Program-made: the position numbers and the translations under genes | NCBI GenBank assembly: GCA_046154245.1 | Contig: JBJXFZ010000072.1 | Coordinates: 3,097-67,096, forward strand | Direction of reading: 5' to 3' | Length of the DNA: 64,000 nucleotides | DNA from: Pyrinomonadaceae bacterium | GTDB taxonomy: Bacteria; Acidobacteriota; Blastocatellia; Pyrinomonadales; Pyrinomonadaceae | Shown: positions 24,674-33,113 of the stretch, piece by piece | Layout of the letters: each line of letters starts with the position of its first letter | Numbering within the stretch: the first letter of the stretch is position 1 | The notes under the pieces: generated by a model | What the model was told of the DNA's origin: nothing | Databases searched by the model: none | The model's input: only the letters and a program-made list of their open reading frames with translations

Positions 24674-26071
24674 TTAATTGCAAATACTTTCAATTAACTC
24701 GTCGATCTCGCTGTGGAAATTACGATCCTTTTGCACTAAAGTCTCGATCTTGTCCACCGAGTGCATAACGGTCGTGTGATGCTTACCACCAAACTCGCGA
24801 CCGATCTCGGGAAAGCTGTTTCGCGTCAGCTTTTTACACAGATACATGGCAATTTGCCTCGGCATGGCGACAGCACGAGAGTTGTTCTTTGCCTTCATCT
24901 CGTCGACCGTCATGTCGTATTTTGCCGCCACGGCCCGGGCTATACGATCGATCGTCACGCCCATGGGCCGTTCGCCGTCGATAAAGTTCTTCATCGCCTC
25001 TTGAGCCAACGCCCTTGAGATCGCAACGCCTCTTAATGATGCTATTGCGACTAGACGGACAAGAGAACCCTCAAGCTCGCGCACATTACTCTTTACCTTG
25101 CCCGCGATATAGATCGCGATCTCATCGGGTAGATCTATGCCGTCGAGATCGGCCTTGCGTTTTAGGATAGCGACTTTTGTTTCGAGATCTGGCGGCTCGA
25201 GATCGGCGATCAGTCCCCACTCGAAACGCGAATGCAGCCGCTCTTCAAGCGTCGGTATGCCGCGCGGCGGACAATCGCTCGTGACAATAATTTGTTTTTG
25301 CGCGTTGTGCAGAGCATTGAATGTGTGAAAAAACTCTGTCTGTGTTCTCTCTTTGCCGGCGAAAAACTGCACATCGTCCATCAGCAACACATCGATCGAT
25401 CGATACTTGTCGCGAAAGCCGGGCGTCTTGTTAAAACGAATTGCATTGATCAGTTCGTTCATGAACCGCTCGGACGTGATGTAGGTGACGCGCAAGTGAG
25501 GATTTTGCGTTTTGATCGAGTGGCCGATGGCATGCATCAAGTGAGTCTTGCCAAGACCGACGCCGCCATAAATAAAAAACGGATTGTAGCTCGTGCCCGG
25601 CATCTCCGCGACCGACTTTGCAGCGGCGTGTGCAAACTGGTTGCACGAACCGACGACGAACTTTTCGAATGTGTATTTCGGATTCAAACTTTCTTCAACC
25701 GGCTCGATGTCGATAAAGTGAGACCCGCCGCCGGCGTATGATGTGCTGCGCGCGGTTGAGAAAACGAGCGAATCGGGTTCGTCCTCGTCGAACCGCGGCC
25801 GAGAGTTGTCTTCTGCCTCGATCTCCCATTCGATGGTGTGGTTGAAGCGACCGGTCTTTTTCAACACTTCGTTCAAGAGGTCGTCGTAGTTCTTACACAC
25901 CCAATCTTTTGTCACGCTGCCGGCGCGCAACGTTATCGTCTGCGTGTTATCGTCGGCCTCGACAAATCGAATCGGACGAAACCAGGTGTTGAACACATCG
26001 GAATTGACGTGCGGCTGAATGCCGATCAGCACATCGTCCCAAATAGAATTTTGTATAGAAAGAGTTTTCAA
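24674..26071 (-). CDS. dnaA: chromosomal replication initiator DnaA
   Basis: 465 aa with a TTG start. Walker A GGVGLGKTHLMHAIG, Walker B DVLLMDDVQF, and C-terminal DNA-binding GGKHHTTVMHS. Confidence 0.95.
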   Translation of the reverse strand: MKTLSIQNSIWDDVLIGIQPHVNSDVFNTWFRPIRFVEADDNTQTITLRAGSVTKDWVCKNYDDLLNEVLKKTGRFNHTIEWEIEAEDNSRPRFDEDEPDSLVFSTARSTSYAGGGSHFIDIEPVEESLNPKYTFEKFVVGSCNQFAHAAAKSVAEMPGTSYNPFFIYGGVGLGKTHLMHAIGHSIKTQNPHLRVTYITSERFMNELINAIRFNKTPGFRDKYRSIDVLLMDDVQFFAGKERTQTEFFHTFNALHNAQKQIIVTSDCPPRGIPTLEERLHSRFEWGLIADLEPPDLETKVAILKRKADLDGIDLPDEIAIYIAGKVKSNVRELEGSLVRLVAIASLRGVAISRALAQEAMKNFIDGERPMGVTIDRIARAVAAKYDMTVDEMKAKNNSRAVAMPRQIAMYLCKKLTRNSFPEIGREFGGKHHTTVMHSVDKIETLVQKDRNFHSEIDELIESICN

Positions 26072-26209
26072 GATCTTTATAAAGGCGCTTACATCGAGCC
26101 GCCACTCGTGTTATGCAAAATTTTGTTTCCGCGTCTAGTCAACGCGCGCGTGTCGAAGACGTTTTACTTTTTAGAGTTTGTCGCGCCGGGGGAAGTTTAT
26201 TCGACGACA

Positions 26210-26230
26210 TTATCCACAACGTTTTCCACA
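26210..26230. promoter_or_regulatory. DnaA boxes upstream of dnaA
   Basis: A perfect TTATCCACA at 26210-26218 and TTTTCCACA at 26222-26230. AAATCCACA lies at 26357-26365, and an AT-rich tract lies at about 26470-26520. Confidence 0.7.
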
Positions 26231-26523
26231 CGTAAAAAACAGAATCGTATAAAACCTAATGTGTTGCATTAAGCCATTTACTTTCAACAGGTTACAACAA
26301 CTCTGTTTTTGGAAACGGATAACAGGCTAACATGAAAACACCCCTTGCGCAAATCGAAATCCACAGCAAAAAAAATTTGTTTGTAATACGAATTTAACTT
26401 CCTTTTAGACAACAATTCGAGTCGGTTTTCGAAAGTGATAGACTAAGAAATCGAACAGTTTTTCACTCAAAAACGTGTCAAAAAAGTGAAAATATTTTTC
26501 TTTTTTTTGAAAAAAGATTCTTT

Positions 26524-26919
26524 ATGCGAAACAAAATTCTATCTGAAATTTCGCGCGTCTGTGATGACCTGATCTATATCAGTGAACAAGACGCGCCGAT
26601 GACCGCCTTTGTGAGCGACCTTACCGGAGAAGAAGAGCGGGAGGTAACACTGTTTCGTCTTTCAGCAAAGGCCAATGAGAAGATCGAACAGATCGATTTC
26701 AATATTTTTTTTGAGCGGCTGACGGGTGCGAAGGATTGGCACGGAGAAAAAGAAAAGGAAAGAGCACGAAAATTTCTGGCGTTGAAGAGGACGCTGGAGA
26801 ACAATCTTAAACAATTACAGGTTCTTAAACTCGGACGAATTAGAAAAGACATCTTTGTCGTCGGTCGCGACAAAGATAATCGACTTATGGGCGTGAGGAC
26901 CGAGTCGGTTGAAACTTAA
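26524..26919 (+). CDS. nuclease A inhibitor (NuiA)-like family protein
   Basis: 131 aa. LIYISEQDAPMTAFV and the C-terminal ...VVGRDKDNRLMGVRTESVET resemble NuiA-family patterns. This assignment is from memory. Confidence 0.45.
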   Translation: MRNKILSEISRVCDDLIYISEQDAPMTAFVSDLTGEEEREVTLFRLSAKANEKIEQIDFNIFFERLTGAKDWHGEKEKERARKFLALKRTLENNLKQLQVLKLGRIRKDIFVVGRDKDNRLMGVRTESVET

Positions 26920-26924
26920 CGAGT

Positions 26925-27626
26925 CTATTGAGGCGAAACGCTGGCCGCTCCGCTCTTTTTTGTGTTCAGATCGCGCGGATTACCCGAGTAGGTGATCTTG
27001 CTCGCACCGGACGCGTCGGTTCTGAGACTGTTGAGAACATTCACAGACGCTTGACTCGCACCACTTGTCTCAATATTTGCCGTTTCGGCGAGCAAGGCCT
27101 CCGCGTCGACCTTTGTCGCACCGCTGAGTTCAATAAGCAGTTTGCTCGTTTCACCGGTCACAAAAACCCGCGACGCTCCTGACGAATCGATTTTGAGCTT
27201 CGAGTTTTTGATCGAGTTAAGGGTTACGTTGGCCGCGCCTGACGTTTCAACATCGTCGATATCAGGAGCGGAGATCAGGATCCTCATAGGGGTTTTTGGT
27301 GAAACGCGTCTTGAGCATTCGATATTGAGCACGCCGCGACGAACCTCGGTCTCGATAAGCGGCAGAATATTGTCATCTGCCTCGACCGTCACGCTGAAAT
27401 CCTTTTGTGCAGTGATGACGACCTCGAACGAGCTGCTGACGTCTACGCCCCTGAAACCGTCGAGATCGCGGTTCTCTGACACCGAATTGCCGGAACCCTT
27501 TACACCGCCAAAGTTAAAGGTCATATTAAACGGCCGGTCGCTAAGACGCCCGATCGACGATGCATTTGCCGCGATAAAGCCCACAACCAACGCCGCTACG
27601 AAGATCAAAAAGCCTACTTTTTTCAT
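26925..27626 (-). CDS. DUF2807 / head GIN domain-containing secreted protein
   Basis: 233 aa with a signal peptide. Repeated SGAxxV beta-helix-like units: SGAANV, SGASRV, SGATKV, SGASQA, SGASKI. Confidence 0.65.
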   Translation of the reverse strand: MKKVGFLIFVAALVVGFIAANASSIGRLSDRPFNMTFNFGGVKGSGNSVSENRDLDGFRGVDVSSSFEVVITAQKDFSVTVEADDNILPLIETEVRRGVLNIECSRRVSPKTPMRILISAPDIDDVETSGAANVTLNSIKNSKLKIDSSGASRVFVTGETSKLLIELSGATKVDAEALLAETANIETSGASQASVNVLNSLRTDASGASKITYSGNPRDLNTKKSGAASVSPQ

Positions 27627-27750
27627 ATTAATGCTCCAAAAGAAGTTGATGCTGAGAGTGCAAACGCTAATTTTACGGCAAAAGTTCGTGAAAAAGCGAA
27701 AAGGCGAGCCATCGTGGCCCGCCTTGATTAGGACGACATAAGAGGACGGC

Positions 27751-28020
27751 TTACTTGGCCTTTGGCGTTTCGGCCGGTTTTACCTCCTTAACCTCTTTAT
27801 TTATGTTGCCATTGACGTTCTTGCCGTCGGTTTTAACCCCGTCCTTTTTGACGTCGTCGGTCTTAGCCGGCGAGGCTGACGGCGAGGCGGCCGGTGAAGC
27901 CGTTGCGACCGGTGTCGGCGTCGCTGTCGGCTTGTTTGGAACATCGCTTTTCGGGTCGCAGGCGCCGAGGACCGCGACGCTTGCGGCTAGTAGTGTAGAT
28001 ATTAAGATTGATCTTCTCAT
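27751..28020 (-). CDS. small lipoprotein, low-complexity
   Basis: Start trimmed to ATG 28020 (AAGGAGAAAAA upstream). Lipobox LLAASVAVLGAC. Pro/Thr/Ala-rich, then Lys-rich. Confidence 0.6.
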   Translation of the reverse strand: MRRSILISTLLAASVAVLGACDPKSDVPNKPTATPTPVATASPAASPSASPAKTDDVKKDGVKTDGKNVNGNINKEVKEVKPAETPKAK

Positions 28021-28210
28021 TTTTTCTCCTTGCCCTGTTTTTGTAATGGGCACCTGAATCGCGGACTCGAGCTGTCCGCCAGCAGACATCACACAGCCGG
28101 ATGACGAGAAACGTCTTTCTGCGCGAACCCGATAGATAACGAGTTTTTGCCATTTCACATCAACACTGCGCGCGAAAGAACGCCTGCCGCGGAGAAACTT
28201 GCAGATAATT

Positions 28211-28813
28211 CTATTTACAGCGGTTGCGATCGACGTAGACTTTGCTGCCGCGGGAGTTCAGGTAATAGCAACCGCCACGCGAATTGCGATGATAAACGCG
28301 GATGCCGGATTTTGTTGGGGCCGGTGCACTCGACGCTGTCGCAGGTTTAGCGTTTGGGTCGGGAACAATGGTTGATTGCCACGCGACGACCTGCCATTTG
28401 GAGTTGCGTTTTACGAAGGTGCCTGTGTTTAGGTTATTGCCGACTGTTTTTGTGCCGTCGGATCTTGTCGTTGTGCTCACCAGGCGGAAAGCAACTATCG
28501 CCGCGTCGCCGTATTGCTGAATCCGGATGTCCTCGGCGGTGTAAACGGTCACGGGGTCGGTCGGTTTTGGGGCCGGTGCTGAGCGAACACCTTTCATCAA
28601 CTCTTCTTTATTGATGCGAGCGCCCGCCGATCGTGTATAGATTAGATCGTCCGCCCAAAAGCCGTCGTGAACACTCGCGTCATTGCGGCCGGCGCCGGCG
28701 AGGAATTCGTTAAGCATCTTTGTCAGCTCACCCGCGTCGGGCGCCGACTGGGCCGGCAAACGGGTTACTGCAAAGATGAGCAGGAATGCGGCAAAAAGAA
28801 AACTCCTTTTCAT
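28211..28813 (-). CDS. NTF2-like (DUF4440/SnoaL-like) secreted protein with a basic Cys-containing tail
   Basis: 200 aa with a signal peptide. The DUF4440-like core is FLAGAGRNDASVHDGFWADDLIYT...KWQVVAWQST. The C-terminal tail is GIRVYHRNSRGGCYYLNSRGSKVYVDRNRC. Confidence 0.55.
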   Translation of the reverse strand: MKRSFLFAAFLLIFAVTRLPAQSAPDAGELTKMLNEFLAGAGRNDASVHDGFWADDLIYTRSAGARINKEELMKGVRSAPAPKPTDPVTVYTAEDIRIQQYGDAAIVAFRLVSTTTRSDGTKTVGNNLNTGTFVKRNSKWQVVAWQSTIVPDPNAKPATASSAPAPTKSGIRVYHRNSRGGCYYLNSRGSKVYVDRNRCK

Positions 28814-28855
28814 ATTAGTTAGCGTCGTTTTAAAAGCCCAAGAGGTTAGTTTTAT

Positions 28856-29239
28856 CTAAAAGACCCGAAAGCCCTTTGATCTAAGGCAAAAATCCGCAAA
28901 CTCGGTGAGCCATTCATGCGTGACGCTGTAATTCTTCCACTCTTCGTCCCGGTCACGATACAGGGTCTTGTCGTCGGGTGCGTCCGTTACGGAGAGATCG
29001 GCGAACATGCGCTTGCCGGTCGTAACCTTTTTTAGAATTTCCTTTTTTATACGCGAGCCTATCTCGTGAGCGTCGTCTGCACCGATCTCGACACCGGTTG
29101 CGTTGTAGCTCATCTGCCTGATCGCGCCCTCATCGACGATGTCGAGGCTGCGGATGACCTCGACGGCAGCCTTCCAGTTCCAAACGTTCGCCGGGAACTC
29201 GAATCCTTCGCTGCCCTGATCTATCAATGTAAAGCTCAT
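28856..29239 (-). CDS. hypothetical protein
   Basis: 127 aa, acidic, with no recognised family. Confidence 0.45.
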   Translation of the reverse strand: MSFTLIDQGSEGFEFPANVWNWKAAVEVIRSLDIVDEGAIRQMSYNATGVEIGADDAHEIGSRIKKEILKKVTTGKRMFADLSVTDAPDDKTLYRDRDEEWKNYSVTHEWLTEFADFCLRSKGFRVF

Positions 29240-29385
29240 TAAAGAAGATGCTAAACGTGAATGTCGTCAATAGTCAACGCGTTGAGTTTGGTTTAGCTCC
29301 TTTGCGGCTTTGGCGTGAAACTTGCCGGAGCGGGTGCCGCAAAGTTCGCAAAGTAAACGGCGAGAGAATATAATCTGATTTTCTT

Positions 29386-30435
29386 ATGAAGCCAAGCATT
29401 TCATATGCCGACGCGGGCGTCTCGATCGACAACGCAAATCTGGCGGTCGCAAAGATACGCGAGTACGCCCGATCGACATTTAATGAGCGCACCCTAACCG
29501 AGATCGGCAGCTTTGGCGGGATGTTTGCCGGCGCGTTTCCCGACATGAGTGAACCTATTTTGGTCGCGTCGGCGGATGGGGTCGGGACGAAATTGAAGCT
29601 TGCGTTCGAGACCGGAATTCACAACACCGTCGGCGCCGATCTTGTAAACCATTGTGTCAACGACATTTTGGTGCAGGGGGCGCGGCCGCTCTTTTTTCTT
29701 GATTACTTTGCGACCGGAAAACTTGAACCGGACGTCACAGCCTCGGTCGTTGAAGGCATGGCACGAGCGTGCCTCGAGAACGGCTGCGTATTGCTCGGCG
29801 GCGAAACGGCTGAGATGCCGGACTTTTATCCAACAGGGGAATACGACCTCGCGGGCTTTATCGTCGGCATTGTTGATAAGAAAAGTGTGATCGACGGCAA
29901 GCGAATCGTGCCCGGCGACGTTGTGCTCGGTCTGCCGTCGACGGGTTTGCAGACAAACGGCTACTCGCTCGCTCGGAAATTGTTTTTCGAGATCGGCGGT
30001 TACAAAGTCGATTCATATATAGAAGAACTCGGTACGACCGTCGGTGAAGCGCTGCTCGCGACGCATTCATCATTCCTGCCCGAGATCGGCCCCTTGTTGG
30101 AAAAAGAAACTGCCGATGAGGGCGTCCGCCTATCCGTGATCAAGGGTCTCGCGCACATTACGGGTGGCGGCTTTTTGGAGAATATTCCGAGAATCTTGCC
30201 CGACGGCGTCGCGGTCGAGATAACGCGCGGCTCGTGGCCAGAGCCGCCGATCTTCGGCATGATGCAGCGGCTAGGCAATGTCGCTGATCAAGAAATGTTC
30301 CGTACATTTAACATGGGCGTCGGGATGGTTGTTATTTGTTCGGCCGCTGACGCGGACTCGGTTTGCGGCGAGGTCGTTGAATGCAGGAAGATCGGACAGG
30401 TTGTAGACGGTGACAAACCGGTATTGATTAATTGA
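29386..30435 (+). CDS. purM: phosphoribosylformylglycinamidine cyclo-ligase (AIR synthetase)
   Basis: 349 aa. Motifs YADAGVSID, GSFGGMF, DGVGTKL and AHITGGGF. Confidence 0.95.
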   Translation: MKPSISYADAGVSIDNANLAVAKIREYARSTFNERTLTEIGSFGGMFAGAFPDMSEPILVASADGVGTKLKLAFETGIHNTVGADLVNHCVNDILVQGARPLFFLDYFATGKLEPDVTASVVEGMARACLENGCVLLGGETAEMPDFYPTGEYDLAGFIVGIVDKKSVIDGKRIVPGDVVLGLPSTGLQTNGYSLARKLFFEIGGYKVDSYIEELGTTVGEALLATHSSFLPEIGPLLEKETADEGVRLSVIKGLAHITGGGFLENIPRILPDGVAVEITRGSWPEPPIFGMMQRLGNVADQEMFRTFNMGVGMVVICSAADADSVCGEVVECRKIGQVVDGDKPVLIN

Positions 30436-30438
30436 TTT

Positions 30439-31590
30439 ATGCCATCGGGTGATCTTTTTGAGTCTCAAACAAAACGCAACATCAACCCGGTAAAGTGGGT
30501 CATCGGTGCGATCGCGCTCGTCGTGCTTTGCGGCGGCGCGTATGCGTTGTTCCTATACAACTCGCCGACAAAGATGACGGCGGAGCAGATACTCGCCGAG
30601 GAAATTCGCGACAACACGGTTTTGCTGCTTGACTATTCGCGATTTACGGGCGATGAGTTTCGCCAGCAGATACTCGGCAAAGGGCGGCTTGAGACATTCA
30701 ACCGCCGCGATAACGATGCGTATTTTACTTATCCTGAAAGTGAAGAGCAGGAGTTCAATGACTTTGTCGCCAAATATTTCTATAACCCCGCGCGGCTCGA
30801 ATTTGCAAAAGAAAAAGACGGCCGCATGGAACTGGGTAATTATAAACTTTCGTCTTATGCGAGCGGTACGACGAGATTGTTTCGAACGAAACTCGACAAC
30901 GTAAAGATCCCGGCTGATCAGAGCGTAAGCTTCGCGTATAAAAACGTAAATTACACCGCGAGTCTTGCCGAGCTGCTAAACCTCACAAATAACTCGCAGG
31001 TTTACGGTGGCAAGATGATGACGCAGGCGAGCGCGAGGCGCGACGAACGGCAGTATATTTTTGCGAATCACGGCATCATGGTCGCGAGGCCAAACGAACC
31101 ATCGCTAAAGCGTCTGAGCGACGAGTTGCTAAAAGACGCCGGCGAGAATCGGGAAGCGAGGATCCAGCGGCTCGTCGATTTTGTCGCTAACGAGATCGAG
31201 TACAGTTTTGCCGAAGCGCTCGGCGGCCAAGAGACGCTAAAGCGGCCAAACGAAACACTGATGACGCGAAACGGCGATTGCAGTAACAAGTCGATTTTGC
31301 TCGCCAGCCTGCTCGAACAGATCGGCGAGGAATACATACTCCTATATTGTCCTCAGCACATCACGGTCGCCGTCCCGCAAGGCGCATTTGTAAATGACAA
31401 CAAGCTCGATTTTACGTGGAACCAAAAACCGTGGGTGATCGCCGAGACGACCGTTGCCGGGTTTCAGGTGGGCAAATCGAAGCTGACCGAGCCCGACAGG
31501 CTCAACCGGGTCGAGTACGTTCAGGACCCGAAGCTGCCGGATGTGATATTTGACGCAAATTCATACGCCGTTTTGAAGTTTCTCTATTAG
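30439..31590 (+). CDS. membrane-anchored transglutaminase-like cysteine protease superfamily protein
   Basis: 383 aa with an N-terminal TM segment. The candidate catalytic block NGDCSNKSILLASLLEQIG resembles the transglutaminase core. It is packed between purM (3-nt gap) and purN (0-nt gap). Confidence 0.5.
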   Translation: MPSGDLFESQTKRNINPVKWVIGAIALVVLCGGAYALFLYNSPTKMTAEQILAEEIRDNTVLLLDYSRFTGDEFRQQILGKGRLETFNRRDNDAYFTYPESEEQEFNDFVAKYFYNPARLEFAKEKDGRMELGNYKLSSYASGTTRLFRTKLDNVKIPADQSVSFAYKNVNYTASLAELLNLTNNSQVYGGKMMTQASARRDERQYIFANHGIMVARPNEPSLKRLSDELLKDAGENREARIQRLVDFVANEIEYSFAEALGGQETLKRPNETLMTRNGDCSNKSILLASLLEQIGEEYILLYCPQHITVAVPQGAFVNDNKLDFTWNQKPWVIAETTVAGFQVGKSKLTEPDRLNRVEYVQDPKLPDVIFDANSYAVLKFLY

Positions 31591-32172
31591 ATGAACATTG
31601 GAATTTTGATCTCAGGCCGCGGCTCGAACATGACGGCGATCGTCGATGCGGTGAAAAGCGGTGAGATCCCTCACTCGCGCGTTGTGGTGGTTATTAGCGA
31701 CAAGGCTGATGCCGCCGGTTTGGCTAAGGCTCACGAGCGAGGTGTTGAAACCGCGGTGATCGAGCGAAAGGGTCGCACGCGTGAGGAGCACGACGCCGAG
31801 ATAATTAGCGTGCTGATCAAACACGACGTTGAGCTTGTGTGCCTCGCGGGTTATATGCGGCTCCTCTCGCCGATCTTTATTCAGGCTTTTCCAAACAAGA
31901 TCATCAACATTCACCCGAGCTTGCTGCCAGCATTTCCGGGTCTCGATGCCCAAAAACAGGCTTTTGACGCAGGTGCCCGAATTACAGGCTGCACGGTCCA
32001 CTATGTCGACGAACTGCTCGACCACGGCCCGGTGATATTGCAGCGAGAGGTCGAGCGAGTCGATGACGACACGCTCGAGACGCTGTCAGCGAGGATTTTG
32101 GAGCAAGAGCACGGGTTGTATGTTGCGGCAGTCAGACTGATCTCCACGGAAATAAGGGATATTGATATCTGA
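31591..32172 (+). CDS. purN: phosphoribosylglycinamide formyltransferase
   Basis: 193 aa. Motifs ISGRGSNM, NIHPSLLPAFPG and VHYVDELLDHGP. Confidence 0.95.
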   Translation: MNIGILISGRGSNMTAIVDAVKSGEIPHSRVVVVISDKADAAGLAKAHERGVETAVIERKGRTREEHDAEIISVLIKHDVELVCLAGYMRLLSPIFIQAFPNKIINIHPSLLPAFPGLDAQKQAFDAGARITGCTVHYVDELLDHGPVILQREVERVDDDTLETLSARILEQEHGLYVAAVRLISTEIRDIDI

Positions 32173-32237
32173 CCGCCAGACGACAATTGGCAGTTATTAG
32201 TTACCAGTTTTAAGCTGCCTATTATTCAGAATTTGCT

Positions 32238-32267
32238 TTGACAACGGGCTTCTGGCGCGCGTAAACT
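32238..32267 (+). promoter_or_regulatory. candidate sigma70-type promoter of the rpmH operon
   Basis: TTGACA (32238-32243), an 18-nt spacer, then TAAACT (32262-32267), about 50 nt upstream of rpmH. Confidence 0.35.
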
Positions 32268-32303
32268 CTACGTTTTCGCTTTCTCTCAAGAAAGTGATAC
32301 ATC

Positions 32304-32840
32304 GTGGAGAGCAAGTATGCCGAAGAGAACGTTTCAACCAAACAACCGCCGCCGCGCCAAAAAGCACGGGTTTCGTGCCCGGATGGCGACGAAGAACGGC
32401 AGAGCGGTGATAAAACGCCGTCGCGCGAAGGGTCGCAAGCGGCTAACCGTTCAGCATTATTAAGATTTTCTTTATCTCGCGAAGCTCGGCTGCTAAAACG
32501 CGCCGAGTTTCTGTGTGTTTACGAGCAAGGAACGCGGATAGAGGGCCGTTTTATGACGGTTTTCATTTTGCCGAATAATCGCAGCGTCCATCGCGTCGGC
32601 GTGACGGCGACAAAAAAGGCCATCGGCAAGGCTGTGGACCGCAATCGCTGCAAACGCCTGTTGCGCGAGAGTTTTAGATTGAGCCGAGCGGAACTCGATA
32701 ACGTGATCCAGCGTTATGATTGGGTGCTCAACGCACGTCGAGCCCTGCTGCATACAAAGCTCGACAAGCCGCTTGCGGAGTTTAAGAAGATCGTTGGGAG
32801 AATAGCCACTGAGAACACAGAGATCACTCGAAAGGCCTAG
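32304..32840 (+). CDS. rnpA: RNase P protein component, possibly with an N-terminal extension that overlaps rpmH out of frame
   Basis: The conserved RnpA core starts at ...[26 protein letters not shown]. In this frame no ATG, GTG or TTG lies between GTG 32304 and the core. The only alternative is CTG 32490. The frame stays open across the whole of rpmH. Confidence 0.6.
   Translation: MESKYAEENVSTKQPPPRQKARVSCPDGDEERQSGDKTPSREGSQAANRSALLRFSLSREARLLKRAEFLCVYEQGTRIEGRFMTVFILPNNRSVHRVGVTATKKAIGKAVDRNRCKRLLRESFRLSRAELDNVIQRYDWVLNARRALLHTKLDKPLAEFKKIVGRIATENTEITRKA
32317..32463 (+). CDS. rpmH: 50S ribosomal protein L34
   Basis: Not in the track (48 aa). Sequence [56 protein letters not shown] 5 nt upstream. 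Confidence 0.95.
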   Translation: MPKRTFQPNNRRRAKKHGFRARMATKNGRAVIKRRRAKGRKRLTVQHY

Positions 32841-32894
32841 TAAATTGGGTCTTGTGTTCTCTAAACTCTCGGTGAACTCTGTGGCAGGGCTTTT

Positions 32895-33104
32895 ATGAAG
32901 TTTCTCGTCCTCGACATTTTGGGTGTTTACAAGGCGGTTGTTTCGCCGTTCCTGCCGCCGGCGTGTCGATTTGAGCCGACTTGTTCGGAATATGCACGGC
33001 AAGCGATCGAGAAATACGGAACGCTCAAGGGCATGTGGCTCGGTCTAAGACGTATCTTACGCTGCCAGCCATTTTGCAGGGGCGGACACGATCCGGTTAT
33101 TTAG
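32895..33104 (+). CDS. yidD: membrane protein insertion efficiency factor YidD
   Basis: 69 aa. YKAVVSPFLPPACRFEPTCSEYARQAIEKYG is canonical. Confidence 0.9.
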   Translation: MKFLVLDILGVYKAVVSPFLPPACRFEPTCSEYARQAIEKYGTLKGMWLGLRRILRCQPFCRGGHDPVI

Positions 33105-33113
33105 TGCTAAGAA

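Noticed and set aside
29240-29385. A possible purine or ZTP riboswitch upstream of purM; a 9-bp stem CTTTGCGGC...GCCGCAAAG is present.
   Set aside because: I could not recognise the conserved ZTP (pfl) or purine-riboswitch core sequences. A single stem is insufficient.
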